A DNA stretch of 62,731 nucleotides, the filler included, from Sphacelaria rigidula (Eukaryota): assembly GCA_964200075.2 (NCBI GenBank). It is 4 parts of 4 records of this genome, joined end to end, with 100 filler letters (N's around TTAATTAATTAA, not from the genome) between each part and the next. Parts side by side here need not be neighbours in the genome. Positions count along the whole stretch, not along the records: positions 1 to 15,611 come from CAXNAA020001673.1; positions 15,712 to 31,320 come from CAXNAA020001674.1; 2 more parts are not named here. The stretch is one strand, 5' to 3'. Within the stretch, counting starts at the first letter, position 1. Each line of letters starts with the position of its first letter. Below are positions 12,601 through 25,000 of this stretch, piece by piece. The notes under the pieces were generated by a model. The model was not told where the DNA came from. It made no database searches and saw only the letters and a list, made by a program, of their open reading frames with translations. Made by a program: the position numbers and the translations under genes.

Positions 12601-13277
12601 TGTAGGGATAGGTTAAATCATGGTCGATTCGGTGCACGGGTTGCGATGGAAAACAGAGCCCGTTGAAGGATATTTACAATCAGGTGTGTGTTTGCAAGGA
12701 CTAATGCTGTCTGCATTTGCTAAGGGGGGCAGGCAAGAGGAGTACGGGTAAGAGATGAGCTGATGGTCCTGGTGGTGGAAGTTGTGTTTCGAAGCCCGTC
12801 ATCAGCTTTCTTTTACAGTAGTGGTTAAAACCTGGATACGTTGGTTGAGGTGTTTTTTGTGTATAATACACTGTTGAGTTTTCATTGATTTGTTGATTAA
12901 TTAATTGATTGATTGTCGTACATGAGCTCATCCCCGGAGGACCCTGCTGTGGTCATAATCCACAAGACAGGCGTACCTGAGGTAAAAGAAGAAAAACGGA
13001 AACAGTCGCTGAAGAGAACTAAAAATGACAGGAATGTCTGCGTTTGTTTTTATTTTCGTCAGATGAAGCCGGAGCTCAAGGAGTGGACGGCTCTGGTGTT
13101 GATCGTATCCACCACAGGAAACGGAGATGCTCCCGAGAACGCCGAGAGGTTTTGGAGGTTTATAAAGCGGAGGACCCATCCGAAGGATCTCCTGCAGGGA
13201 TTGCGATACGCGCTCCTTGGCTTGGGAGATACGAACTACGATAAGTTCTGGTGAGATTGAAGTTGTGAGAAACGGCG

Positions 13278-13334
<57 letters not shown>

Positions 13335-14477
13335 AGTTTTGTCGCTGATCATAGCTTCTTTTCCCTTTTTTTCGATTGTATTGATTCAAATTATCTTCTT
13401 GAAGGAAAAAAACGCAACATTTTATGAGTACCTCGTTTTTTTCGTGGCGGTGGTGATCATGAAATGGTGTGCTGGGTCATAATAATGATGCTTTTTTTTT
13501 TTTTTCATAAAATTTTTGTTTACCGATTAGAAGAGCGCAAGTCTTAANNNNNNNNNNTCTTTGTTTTGTTTTTTTTTTTTTTTTTGTATTGGTTTTTTTG
13601 TTAATATTAATGATGATTTTTTTTTTTTTTTTCATCACACTTTTGATCCCTCCCCTCCCTCGAGGCTAACCCGTAGTCTCAAGAAATCAACCCATTTCTC
13701 CGCCTCTGGGTGGATGTTTCATTCCGATGGTGGTTTTTCTTGCCGCGATGTGGTCTGTGCCACCGACCCGACGTCGTTAGATGACGGTAGGATGATATGA
13801 GCGGACGTGTCTCTCTCACACTTTTTCGTTTTCCATATGCAGCATGGAATCTCCCCCTTCAATCCCTTCCCCCCCCTCTTTACAGAGTGAGGGACTGATA
13901 CAGTAGGTTCGAAAGTAATGAAACAAACCGTGGACGTTATCCGACTCACAGTCTCGTGGCGGAGGGGTTGGGGGAAGTCGTGTTCCAGGAGAATTTGCAC
14001 GAGAACAATTACACGTGATGCAGGTGTGTAGACATATAATGCCCATGCGTCGTATACTGAACTTTTCAGCCGACTCACGTGTTTTCTTCTTGAATTCAAA
14101 AATAGTTACATGCCTCCTCCCTCCTTTTTACAAATCCCACCAACGCTGATGATGTCAGCTATATGGGCAAGGGCTTCGACAAACGGTTGAAGGAGCTCGG
14201 TGCAACACCTTTTCACACACCGGCCTTTGCAGACGAGGCTACGCGAATGGAAGAAACCGTGGAACCGTGGGTATCTTCTCTGTACCCCGCCCTCGAGAGC
14301 TTCGTTGCGGGCACGGGTTCCACAACCGAAGCAGCAGCAGTAGGTCATGCCGAAAAGGTGGACTCCGCAAGCGTGCCTGTACCCCGTCCTGTCGTGAACG
14401 GGGGAGGGGAGAAGGTCAACGGTGATGTCACCCAGAACGGTTGGGCCAATGGGAACGGCGACGCAGGCTTACTAGCC

Positions 14478-14525
<48 letters not shown>

Positions 14526-15328
14526 GTAGCAGCAAGAGAAGGAGGCGAAGCAACGCCTCCTCTTTCGAACCTGTCGACGAAAAACGGAGCGGAAATACAG
14601 TCCGACGAGATGATCGCCATTCCCCAGAAAACACCCGCTGAGAATGGGCACGGAACTGGGGTCGACCAAGCGACCGCGGGTATAAGAGGCTTGGTGATAC
14701 AGGACAAGGGCGGAACCGACGCGGTTGCTTCCGCCATATCGGGCATCGGAACCTCCGTCGATGATGAAGCAAGCGTCGTCGCTGTGCGGAATAATGGTGG
14801 CAGTGCCGACGCCGGCAGCGGTGATTCAAGCGGTAACTCAGACCCGGCCGCGGTTGAGAAGACAACGACGGAAACGACGGCCGATACATCGGCGGTGGAG
14901 GCATCGACAGGCAAGGATCTCGCCGACGGGGATGGAGAAGTGACCGCAGTGCCGGCAGTATTGTCGAATGAGGAAGAAAGAAAAGTGCGGAGATGGTCCC
15001 CTTGTGGCGAATCTGGCGTCCGACCTCTCACCGACTTTTTGGAGACCGCTCATCTCGCGGCGGGGTTTGCGCCGCCGAGGGAAGATCTTCCTCGCCTCAG
15101 GCAGAGCCCCCCCGACATCCACTTCTATAACATGGAGGCCGGCGGCGAAAAAAAGGGTGATGGCAGAAATGGAAGTGGTGGTGGCCTTGGTGGTGGAGAT
15201 GCTTGGCTACGACGGGCGAGGCATCGTTCTGAATCTGTTGAGTCGGGGCACACATGCGACCGGCCATTTTCTTCTAAGGTGCTATCGGCGCGGTATCTGA
15301 CAGACGGAGGGCGGGAGGCCGACCGCAG
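3604..15328 (+). CDS. MTRR: Methionine synthase reductase-like diflavin reductase with a tandemly duplicated flavodoxin (FMN) domain; 3' part (FAD/NADPH domain) missing at the contig gap
   Basis: Exons 3604-3617, 4203-4323, 4829-4923, 6613-6705, 7816-8246, 8506-8869, 11637-11757, 13063-13250, 14159-15328. All junctions are GT-AG and phase-compatible. The motifs YGSQTGNAQSIAE, VSTTGNGDAPEN, LLGLGDTNYDKFC and DKRLKELGA...ADEAT.MEETVEPW each occur twice and resemble MTRR (GLGDSEY..FC..GK.IDKRL.ELGA...VEPW). PFSSKVLSARYLT near the end looks like the start of the FAD domain. Confidence 0.85.
7008..7199. mobile_element. Tc1/mariner-like MITE in an MTRR intron
   Basis: Ends TACAGGGTATCCCG ... CGGGTATACCCTATA form imperfect TIRs with TA at the outer edges. 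Confidence 0.5.
10152..11492. mobile_element. TA-flanked non-autonomous DNA transposon (TACGAGCTGG-type TIR) carrying a captured 201-bp insert
   Basis: TIRs TACGAGCTGGGCCAGCCT / AGGCTGGACCATCCTGTA; the internal sequence is homologous to 24543-25404. Confidence 0.7.
12262..12532. mobile_element. Sola-like MITE with 4-bp TSD (GCAC)
   Basis: TIR (G/C)AGTRATGCTACGATAGGG / CCCTATCGTAGCATCAC(G/T)C; GCAC is duplicated at 12258-12261 and 12533-12536. Confidence 0.65.
13281..13333. repeat. (GT)n microsatellite in an MTRR intron
   Basis: Uninterrupted GT run just after the 13250 donor. Confidence 0.95.
14478..14525 (+). repeat. (ACA)n coding microsatellite encoding poly-Thr in the MTRR hinge
   Basis: ACA run in frame within exon 14159-15328. 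Confidence 0.9.
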
Positions 15329-15611
15329 GTGAAATATTCTATAGTAGTGTACGTCACAGAAGTGTCCTCGCTTCGAGGCAATCCTTTTTCTTTCCAGGCG
15401 GGGGGGCAGGGGGTTAAGTCATGGGGGTGGAAATCGGGCCGCACCGTTACTCTTAAAATGGATGAGGCCCAACTCATTGGAACGGGCGGAGCCCTGTAGT
15501 ATAATACCTACATATCTATCCCTTTTCCTGTGGGGGGGGGGGGGGGGGGACCCGTTATTATGCCTGCGTACCAAAGTTATAGGACGATTGACCTCGCCCC
15601 CCACCAAACCC

Positions 15612-15711
15612 NNNNNNNNNNNNNNNNNNNNNNNNNNNNNNNNNNNNNNNNNNNNTTAATTAATTAANNNNNNNNNNNNNNNNNNNNNNNNNNNNNNNNN
15701 NNNNNNNNNNN
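15612..15711. other. Artificial scaffold spacer (N-run with TTAATTAATTAA); same at 31321-31420 and 47030-47129
   Basis: An identical 100-nt structure appears three times, and the linker has stops in all six frames. Confidence 0.95.
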
Positions 15712-18539
15712 CCACTTCAGCCCCATATTTTGTTTGAACCCCAAAATATAAAATCGGCTGTTAATTTATAATTCCTTGTGTGCTATTCTTCGCCTCCATC
15801 ACTGACGTGTGCTTACAGCTACACGTCGCTATCCTACTCAGAGATACCAAGCGCCTCAGTGGCAAGCTACCACAACAGACATAATATCGGGCCTCGTGGA
15901 CGGGTACCGAAACGATTCATTCACTATTTGACCGCTCTTCACTCTCAGTCGTATCCTCGACTCTCAATCTCACGAAAACATTGTTAATAGTGGTGGCGGT
16001 GACGGGATCATTGCCATGTTCTTCAGCGCACAGAAGCGCGTCCTGTCCAAAAATAAAGGAAGAAAGAAATCGGTCTTCGCATCGGTGACCCCCAGAGACA
16101 AAGAGACGAAATCTCTCCGCAGCTCGATGATCTATGGGGATACCTACAAGCACATGAGAAATTTGGTACGTGCTGGTAACTTGCATGATGTCAGTCTCTC
16201 GAGCGAATGGTGATCGCCCAGCGAGGGCACACAAAGGACACGTGCGAGAAGCTTCCTCTCCGTCGTTGCTTCTCTCTCTGGTGATATCGTCATTGACACG
16301 CGTGTACACCGCAGTCGTTCGGTGCATCTAGCCACAACTGAACTGATGATTCACAGTTGCAGAGTTTGGAGGGGAAATATGATCTCGCTCTATTACTGTT
16401 TTTTTTGCGTCGTCCCTGCAAAAAAGATCTGCCACTTGAACCTCATTCCTGAGATGGACCCCATTCTTCACGATTCGCTGTTTTTTGCTACTTGTCAGTG
16501 ATTCGGCCATGGTGGGTAGTTCGAATCAAAGCTGGCTCTCAATCGTAGGGTACACCTTCATTCCCACGAAGAAAATGTTGATGTAGGCTCTACGGTGTTG
16601 TCTTCTCCCTTCCACCCGCTACGTTCGTTCCGTTTGTCTATGGGTATCACCCGCCAAGGATCAGATGACACGAAACCCTTCAACATCGTTATCCCTTTTT
16701 GCCTTCAGTTGCAAGAAATATGTCCCTGGGCTGCGGTGGGCATCCATTTTGAAGTAAATGATACGCCGATATAAACACAACTAACCCGTCATGAGGTGGC
16801 TGGCTGCCGTGTGTGACTGAACAAAACCAAAGTGCACCGTACACAACAGTAAAATCGATAGCGTACGATTGGTACGGAACAACGTATTCTTCTCTGTACC
16901 CCCCCACTACATTCCTCCCTTCTTCCGTGGGTATTTCCGAGTATCGGATTACTCCGTTGGAGACCGTCACTCTTCTCCTACTCCACGAGTAAAAGTTAAG
17001 CTTGGTCGCCAGGGCAGTGTCTTCTGCCCATTTTTCAAGTCAGATTCACTGAAGACGGCCGCCTCTCGTGGGGGGGCTTCTTGACCAGAAGTCCTTCTCG
17101 CAACCAACCTTCGTTCGTTCATGTGTAACTTGCATGTAATGCTCCCAGACTACTTCCAGGGATTCAGCGGGTAAATGGTTTGCGTCTATCCTACGTGATG
17201 TCCTCGATCAACACCAAACCCGCTGTCACTTCCGATTTTGTCGGCGTACGGGATCACGGCATGTATATGCATTCAAATAATTTTTGATCGAAAATGCGGT
17301 ACAGACAGAACTCTCATTTGATGGATTGTCTTTCGTGTCGACCTCACCTGGGTCGACCCATCAAATTGGAAATCCTCATTTCGCCACACCTTTTTGGTCA
17401 GGAAATAATTGGCCAGTACATGACCCGAGCCCCCGAAATACCCTTCACGTGTACATACACAACTGATGACTGACGCCCCTAGAAGAGGAAGCACAGGTTT
17501 GTGGCAGCAGCCAGTAGCCGGGCGAGAGCGTAGAACTATTCCCCAGACGTTTAGATTCTCCTCCAGAAGAACAACCGTTGCCCACGCGGGATCGTACCGT
17601 CAATCCTCAATCTTCCTCGTCGTCCGTGCAGTTCAGGACCAGTGTAGGCTGCCTCTGAAGGCTCTCATTCGTGTGGTAGGCGAGGTTTTTATTAATCGGA
17701 GTTATTAGTACAGCGCGGCAAACACCTCGAAATCTATCGATGCTCCGCAAAAATGGACAACGAAAAAGTTATATGCGACGTCAGGTGATGCCCAAATGAC
17801 GATCTTTCTACAGCAGAAGGTCTATTGCCCTGGTTAGGTCACGTGCATCCAAAAAATACTCACAGTTTCCGGCCCGTGCACGAGGGTGAGTAGGACCAAC
17901 CTTCGACAACACTGGAGTCATCGCGTAAAATAAAAGGTGTGCGATGATCACCATGAGGCAGCGAGTGCTTCCCCAGCGCAGGAGGGACACTCCCATTGCG
18001 CAATATATGCTCCGTGGCCAGGCAATGGCAAAACGGGACGGACAGGTGCGTGCGCGCGTTCGAATAGTGTTTTTTTTTCCTTTTTTTTCCAGGTTGCCGT
18101 ATCCAGAGCGAGACGACTCAATCACGACAAATACCTCCACAGACGAAAAACAGTTGGGGACAGGATAAAGAGATCGTCATGAACCACGCGCCGACACTCA
18201 ATCGTGAACGCAACCCCAAGAGTCATGAGACGAGAAACGTGCTCCACTACCGTGTTTGGGAGGGGCATGCAACTTTCGGGAATTCCCGTACAGCCCCGAG
18301 AAATCCAAGCAGCCGTTACTATGAAACCCTGCCTGCCTGCCCTCTCGTTGCTAGCATTATAACCCCGTCGCATTCGTCCAGTGAAGGAAAACGTCGTCAG
18401 CATGGAGAATGAACGAGGAAAAGCAACCGTCCCATGTTGAAGTCGCAATCAAAACATGCAGAAAACCAGACAGCGATGCTCGCCACTCTTTCCTCCACAT
18501 TTTTCCTCATCTTGCAGCCGTCAACTTTCACGGGGTTCT

Positions 18540-21500
18540 TCAGGCCTTGAGAGCGTAACAGCGGCGAGGGAGGTTTTCAAGCCTCTTGCGCTGGCGCTCG
18601 GTGCGGTAACTCAACTGTGAATCAACATCATGCAACAGGACACAATAAAACAGAGACGGGAGACGGGGATAAAATGCGTTGTTTTTCCTCATACGACTCG
18701 TTCGATGCAGCGGAAATATGTGAAAAACAGAGGAGGATTTTTTTTCAGCATACAGGATCAGCATGAGGTTTTGGACCGTAAGGCAGATGGTTTTGTCATC
18801 ATTTGGGCTCATGTAGAGGAAGCTACAAGATCCCAGGAAAAACTTTGTGATATTTCGCCCCCCCTCTCTCCTGCGTGTACCATTACACGGACTGGACTCT
18901 TTTGGTCTGAGTTTGCCACATATGTATCCACCTCATGACATGAAAGGAGAGGCTTGGTGCATGTGTTTCGGACGCGCCGTTAGTCTGAAAGTTTTCTTCT
19001 GCTTTTGAGCAACCAAGAAAGATCAACCAAGGTTCCTGACGGCGCACGGGGTTAGAACACATACCTGGTCCGAGGTGAGCCTGCGGCGGATCGCGCGAGT
19101 CTTCTTTGGGCGGAGGTCGAGCGGGACGTACTCCTTATCCTCGTACAGCTCACGGTACTGCCAGGCAACACAAGATGAGGGGAAAGGGGGGGAAGCGATG
19201 TTGTGATCGATCAGCATCGCGTTGTGTCATCAGGAGAAATACGTTAGGCTGGAGGAAACCAGTTCCCGCTTGTGTGTACTCGAATCGAACCTCGACTAAA
19301 TCCTGATTGGATAGGTATACGCACTTCATGTACTGATGCCACAGTAGGGTTGCACTTTTTGAGCGAAAACATTTCTCGGGGTGTTGCAAGCACCATTTTG
19401 AGAATCGGCATCATCTTCACTTGAAAAAGAGTGACAATGATGCCTTTTCACGAAAAGACCCCGTGTGCATTTTCATGTCCTGTCCCCGGAAATTTGGGTT
19501 GCACAGTAAGGCCCATATATTTGGGCTCCTACAAGAACGAGACCACGACACAAAAAATGTTCCCCCTATCGAAGCATTGGTCAGATCGGTCAACAATCTC
19601 ATGAGGAGGCACACGAGGATGGGAAAGCGACATGAGCTCTCTGGCTACTGGTGATGAACCTATACAGATGCTGACAAGCGTCTAATGTTGCTGTTAAAAA
19701 TGTTTCACAGTAGTGTTCACGCAAAGCGTGAAAACGTGAATATTCACAGCGAGGGACAAATGAAGCAAGTGCGAGCGGTACGAGCCCGGCCTTCGGATGT
19801 GGTCCGCAGAGGTAAAACATTCCAAGCGTTCGTTGGATAAGGTGTATCCTCGGGTACTTACTCACACTGGGGGTTGCGATAGTCCGATCTCCGAACTCCA
19901 CCTAATGTCTGGATTTTGTGAAGTGTGATCTCACAACTCCACCCGAGACCTGTTCTTTTACTTGGAACCCAAATGCAAATAAATGACCCACTAGACACGC
20001 CCGTGCGACATTCCTCATCAGCAATGGATCATGATGCTGCAGTGTCAAAACACAGACCATACCCTGTCGACGATCCCGTAGTCTGGAGGAATCAAGCCAT
20101 CTCTTCTTTAGTATACCCTTGCAATTTTTTGTCGAGTATTCAATCACCCCTCTCTCCCACCCTCCCTTTTCACTCAATCTTCACATCGTCACATTTTTGG
20201 GCAGCAACGCAAACCAGTAACCAGAGGGTACTGCTTCGTATAGCCCGAGGTTCGAATCTACCGGGCTGTCAGCCGCAGCGCGGACGCAATACAAAGCACT
20301 CATTCCACTACAATACTCGAGCCACACAACACTCCCGTTTGAAGCGATAAGAGCCATTCTCCTCTTTTTCATCTCCTAGTTCCGTGATCCTCTTACCCGC
20401 TTCTTCTGTGACTGGTGGTACACGGTCAACACTCGAGCGATCTTTTTGCGGACGGTCTTGATTTTAGCCAGCTTGGAAGCAGCACCACCCGTCACCTGGG
20501 CCACACGCAGCTGGGAGGGGAAAAAACAAAACGAAGTTGACCTACAAAAAATTAACGATAAAAAAAAGAATCGCGTTGAGGCGGCAGGATGCCGACTAGT
20601 AAACGAGGGAGTCATTCTTCTGGCAACATGGGGGAAGGGACGGGAGGGGGATGGGAGTGGTGCAGCATATGCTATTACCACCATTGATTTTTGCCGAGAC
20701 TGGCATATAGGCGCAAAAACTATTTCATTTGCAGGAATAGAATCATTCCACCATGCCCCTCTCGACGGGTCCGAGTAAAATTGTCCGAGACGAGACCTAC
20801 ACACGTCGGACGACAATGACTTTCCAGCTATGCGAGTTGCCTGTCGTTGAAGCAGTCTCCATAATTTCTCCATTCGAAGCGTCAAAGGCGACTTTGATCG
20901 CCACTTGTCCCTCCATTTCGGTAGAACAAGTAAACTAGTCTCAGATTAGACAGCACCAAAAAATATTGCAGAAATACATCGTCAAATCGGGCCCGCAACT
21001 CGAATTCGCGACCCGAGAGGCAAACGAAATTTTCGAGGTGGTGAGCGTGTAACACGGGCACACGGCTCCTCAAGGCCACCCAAAGTTTCCACAATTTTTT
21101 CACGATGGGATGTGAAGCAAAGGGAATCAAAGCAGACACTATTAAAGCAAAGGCGCGATACAGAAAGTAAACCGGACACATATCCTACGCGATGACCTTC
21201 GCAGGGGTGTGTTGTGTAGGGTATTTCCCATAATCGGGGGTTTTGAAAAATTATATTCCAAGCACCCAAACTTTGTGTACAGTATTGAGATCGTACCTAA
21301 CTTTACCAAATATTCCGGTGGAGTTCGGGGATAAGATTATCGTAATACAAAATTCGGCAGTGAGTACCCAGGTATTGACCCTACCCCACATCGCTCCCTC
21401 GGAGCTTTGTGCACGCCCATCCTGTAAGGTGCAGGCGGCTTGCAAGTATCATGTTGCACCTCGTTTGTGAAAAAAATCAGGACTCATGACGTGAACCGAT

Positions 21501-22012
21501 ACAGACCGAAGAGCACCACTCACATTATGCTACTGTATCACGGGTTGTTGCTGCGTGCGGTTGTGTGTCATGGACCCATGTGTTTGCGTGGCCATCTGAA
21601 GTGGCAGATTGCAAATTATGCCGGGTCGCGCTAAATGAATACAGCTCGCGACCTGCATGACATGGTCACGTGAAGACTCCTGTTGGTGACCATGCCCCCT
21701 CCGTTCGTCACGGAACTACGGCTTTTCGACTGTGGGAACGTTGCGCTAATTTTCCAAGGTTGTCGTGTATGTCTTCTCGACCTCATCTCTGAAACCAACC
21801 GTTGATGGGGAGGGGGGGGGGTACTCATGTTCATGCATGCCGTAGTCATGAGACCATTGACCTCGGGGAGGGGGGGGGGGGGGGGGGGGGGCCGCCCGTC
21901 AACGTTTGTGGTTTAGTTTTTTTACACNNNNNNNNNNGCGGATGCGTGGGGTGGGGGTGGGGGGGGGGGGGGGTGTGGTTGGATGTGGGGGGGGGGCGGG
22001 CGGGAAGAGGGG

Positions 22013-22048
<36 letters not shown>

Positions 22049-25000
22049 ACCGCACTTCAACTTTCATGGTTGACTTCATTCAACACTGGTCCACGAGATC
22101 ATCGTGGATACATGGTGCCCCAAACATCAGAGATCCCCAGCAAGTCACCTTGGTCCGGGGACGGCTGTACGTTCGTTGTGTGCCAATCGTCGATCGATCC
22201 AAAATCTAGGGCGTCGATCATCCTCGCAAGTCTGAAAAAAATTGAATGATATTGCACATGCTTCGTGATCGTCCACAGCTCCCATCCCCTCTTAGATACC
22301 CATCTCCTACATGCCACCCACAACGAGACAAACAGGACTCCGCAGAGGGATGCAAAAAAATGTACTTTGTTCCAACTTGTGCGTGACCCTGTCGACTGCA
22401 GTGGATGACAGGAACCTTCCACGATTATCTACCGTATCGAGCCACGTGGCCCAGGCATGCAGACGGATTACAAGGAGTCGTGAATTCCCGACGCACTCCA
22501 GCGAAAGCCCAGTAACGTACATACTGCCCGTTCGTGCGAGAGTGTTGTATCCGACCCTCCCGTGTGTGAAGCGACCAGTCATTGGAAGCCTTCACTACAC
22601 ACTGATACCTGAGCCATTATCAGTTGATACCTGAGCCATTACCCATGTTGAGTCTTCAACAAGCACACGTCGTTTCGCGCTCATGCCGCAAAAAATCCAC
22701 CGTCAAGGGACACAAGATGAAACGTTCGCTGTTTATAAGGGTCAACGCGGCAGTGCAAGGAACCGTTGCTAAGCCATGTTACGGCAAGGGATTGCATGGA
22801 CCACTCAACTGTTCTTCAAAATCATTTGAGCAATGAACTCACCGACTGTAGCTCTGTTCGCAGGTCCGTGAGCTGTCCAGTCAGCTCCGACTTCGACATA
22901 GACCTCAGCTGGTACGCCTTGAGGGGGGCTGTAACAGGGCGGTCGGTATGAACAGATATCAGGGAGAGGGCGAACAATCATCAAGACAGACAGTACCAAA
23001 TCGGAGAGTTTACGCCATCTGCCCCGGGTTTTATCCAGCGGATTCAGTACAGTAGCCACAAAACATCCGCGAGAGCGAGAAACATGACAACATCAAGACT
23101 TCGGTCTACACTGTGCAACCTCAAGGGCAGTCATATGTAGGCACGGGTTTATTCTCGCAACCCTACAGCACAACTGCTGCCGTCACCAGTCCACCGCGTG
23201 CCTACATCACCCTTTCTTTCCAGGCGCCCGCACCGGCAATTTCCCGCACTCCACGCAGCAGACCAAACGAGGGTGAACTGGTGACTGCCCTTTCTCGTAC
23301 TGATGTCAATGGTTATACGGCAGGAAACTTGAATACGCCACCGTAATGACAAGCACACAACATGAAATGCAAGCAGACGTGACACACGTCCGGTGGTGAA
23401 ATTACAACACGTCGTTGTGCTGTCATCTGCAGATGATGCCCCCCCTGACACCCCCTACAACCTCCTTTGAAAAGACTTCCCTCTTCATTCATGCTCACTG
23501 GCCGTGAAAGAATGTTGGGATAAGTCGGCGGGAAACATACACCGGAACAAAACTGGGGAAGAAAGCGGTATGCAATGGCGAGAGTGTAATACCCCCTCTC
23601 TCCTCGCCTCATGAGTATTCACCTATTCCTGTCACTAATTTTGACTGCTCAGGTACATCCTCACCTGTTCCAACAAATCGGAATGTTCGTTAGCAAACGA
23701 TTTGTCGCATGTTGTGAAGATCATTCCTTTTGACCGCTTGTTTGGATTATTCGTCGTATCGGCATCATTTTCACTCGAGAAATGAGTGCAAGGCCGTGTC
23801 TTATCAAGTTTTTTCCAACTCGAACGAGTTCGTGCGAAGGAACTGATTCAGTTCGCTTTGCCATGTTTGGATCCGAGCTAATTTACACGTTTTGAAGGGA
23901 GAAGGCTGACCAAAATTCGTGACGTGGCACTCCTCTACTTTTTTTCAACAGACAGTACAACAGTGCAGTGGCGGCCTGTCCTGTCTAGATAGTGTGTGTT
24001 TCGCACAGAACGCAGGCGCGATGTGGAAAAGAAGCGGGCAACGAGACATACAGACATCACCGCTTTTTGACTCTCTGCACTCAGGAAGATGCGAGGTAGA
24101 TTTGACCCATGGGCAGTTTTGTACTGCCTCTGCTGTCCATGAGCGCGTTGGCAATTCGATCGCCCACTGTGACACTCAACTTCGTCGGTGGACTCTTCTA
24201 AAAAACTTAGATGCTCAAGTTTCTTTCAACAAAAAAAAAACATTATGCCAAAAATGTGGTGGTGTCGGTTTCCCATCATTGCAGTGTATGTAACCTGTGC
24301 TCAGTTCGTGATCTGTGCTGCAGGGTCAAGTAGGTAGCTGCTAATGAACCATTTGCGTTTTGGGTAATTCTGTGGAAGGGTAGTATCTGGCAAGGTTGTC
24401 TGCAACATAGGAGTAACGTACCCCTTCGTTCATTCCACCGCTCGACTTGCTCGAAACAGCTGAGCTTTTCTGTTTTGACCTTGCCTGTCGCGCGCATCTA
24501 ATTTTGAAATGGACTTGAAGCCATCCGAGAACATTGATGTCGTACGGGCTGGGCCAGCCTGGAGGCGGATTTGAAGTTTGTAGGTCCATGCTATTTCATA
24601 CATTTAGAGTTGGGACCTGAAATTTGGTATGTACAATGCATAAGGCATACAAGTAAACACTACTTCAGTACCAAAATAAATATATATATGTATATATATA
24701 TATTTCCATGAGTTAGAGGCATCTTACTGATACCCGACAATCGATTTTTGCCCTCAACTCAAGAAAAAATCACTTTTGAACTCCAGTAATTTCTTCCATT
24801 CATTATGCGCTGTCCATACCAAATTTCAGGGTCCGACTCTTTATCTATCAAAGAGCATGGGCCTATCAAAAACAGGGGGCGGTAGAAATTCGGCACAGTA
24901 TTTTGCAGGCCCCTCACCGGCCCACGTTTGGTTTTCGTGATTAAATTTGAAATCCGCGCTTCCCAAGGCATCTGCAACGAAAAGAATGGGTCAGGTTGAT

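Noticed and set aside
14345-15031. 228-aa and 158-aa antisense ORFs over the MTRR hinge exon
   Set aside because: Shadow frames of a GC-rich coding exon plus a microsatellite.
15612-15711. Palindromic TTAATTAATTAA embedded in N-runs (three times)
   Set aside because: Artificial contig linker with six-frame stops, not biology.
16000-17300. Coding-looking fragments with a VWEHY (BED-finger-like) motif on the minus strand
   Set aside because: Multiple stops and no second supporting motif; cannot be assigned without a search.
20225-20270. tRNA-like GGTTCGAATC stem-loop
   Set aside because: Only a B-box/T-arm-like piece; no cloverleaf could be built.
21865-22048. Long poly-G tracts / Gly- or Pro-rich ORFs, potential G-quadruplex
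   Set aside because: Adjacent to an N-run and typical of low-quality homopolymer sequence; intronic, and the ORFs are low-complexity artefacts.
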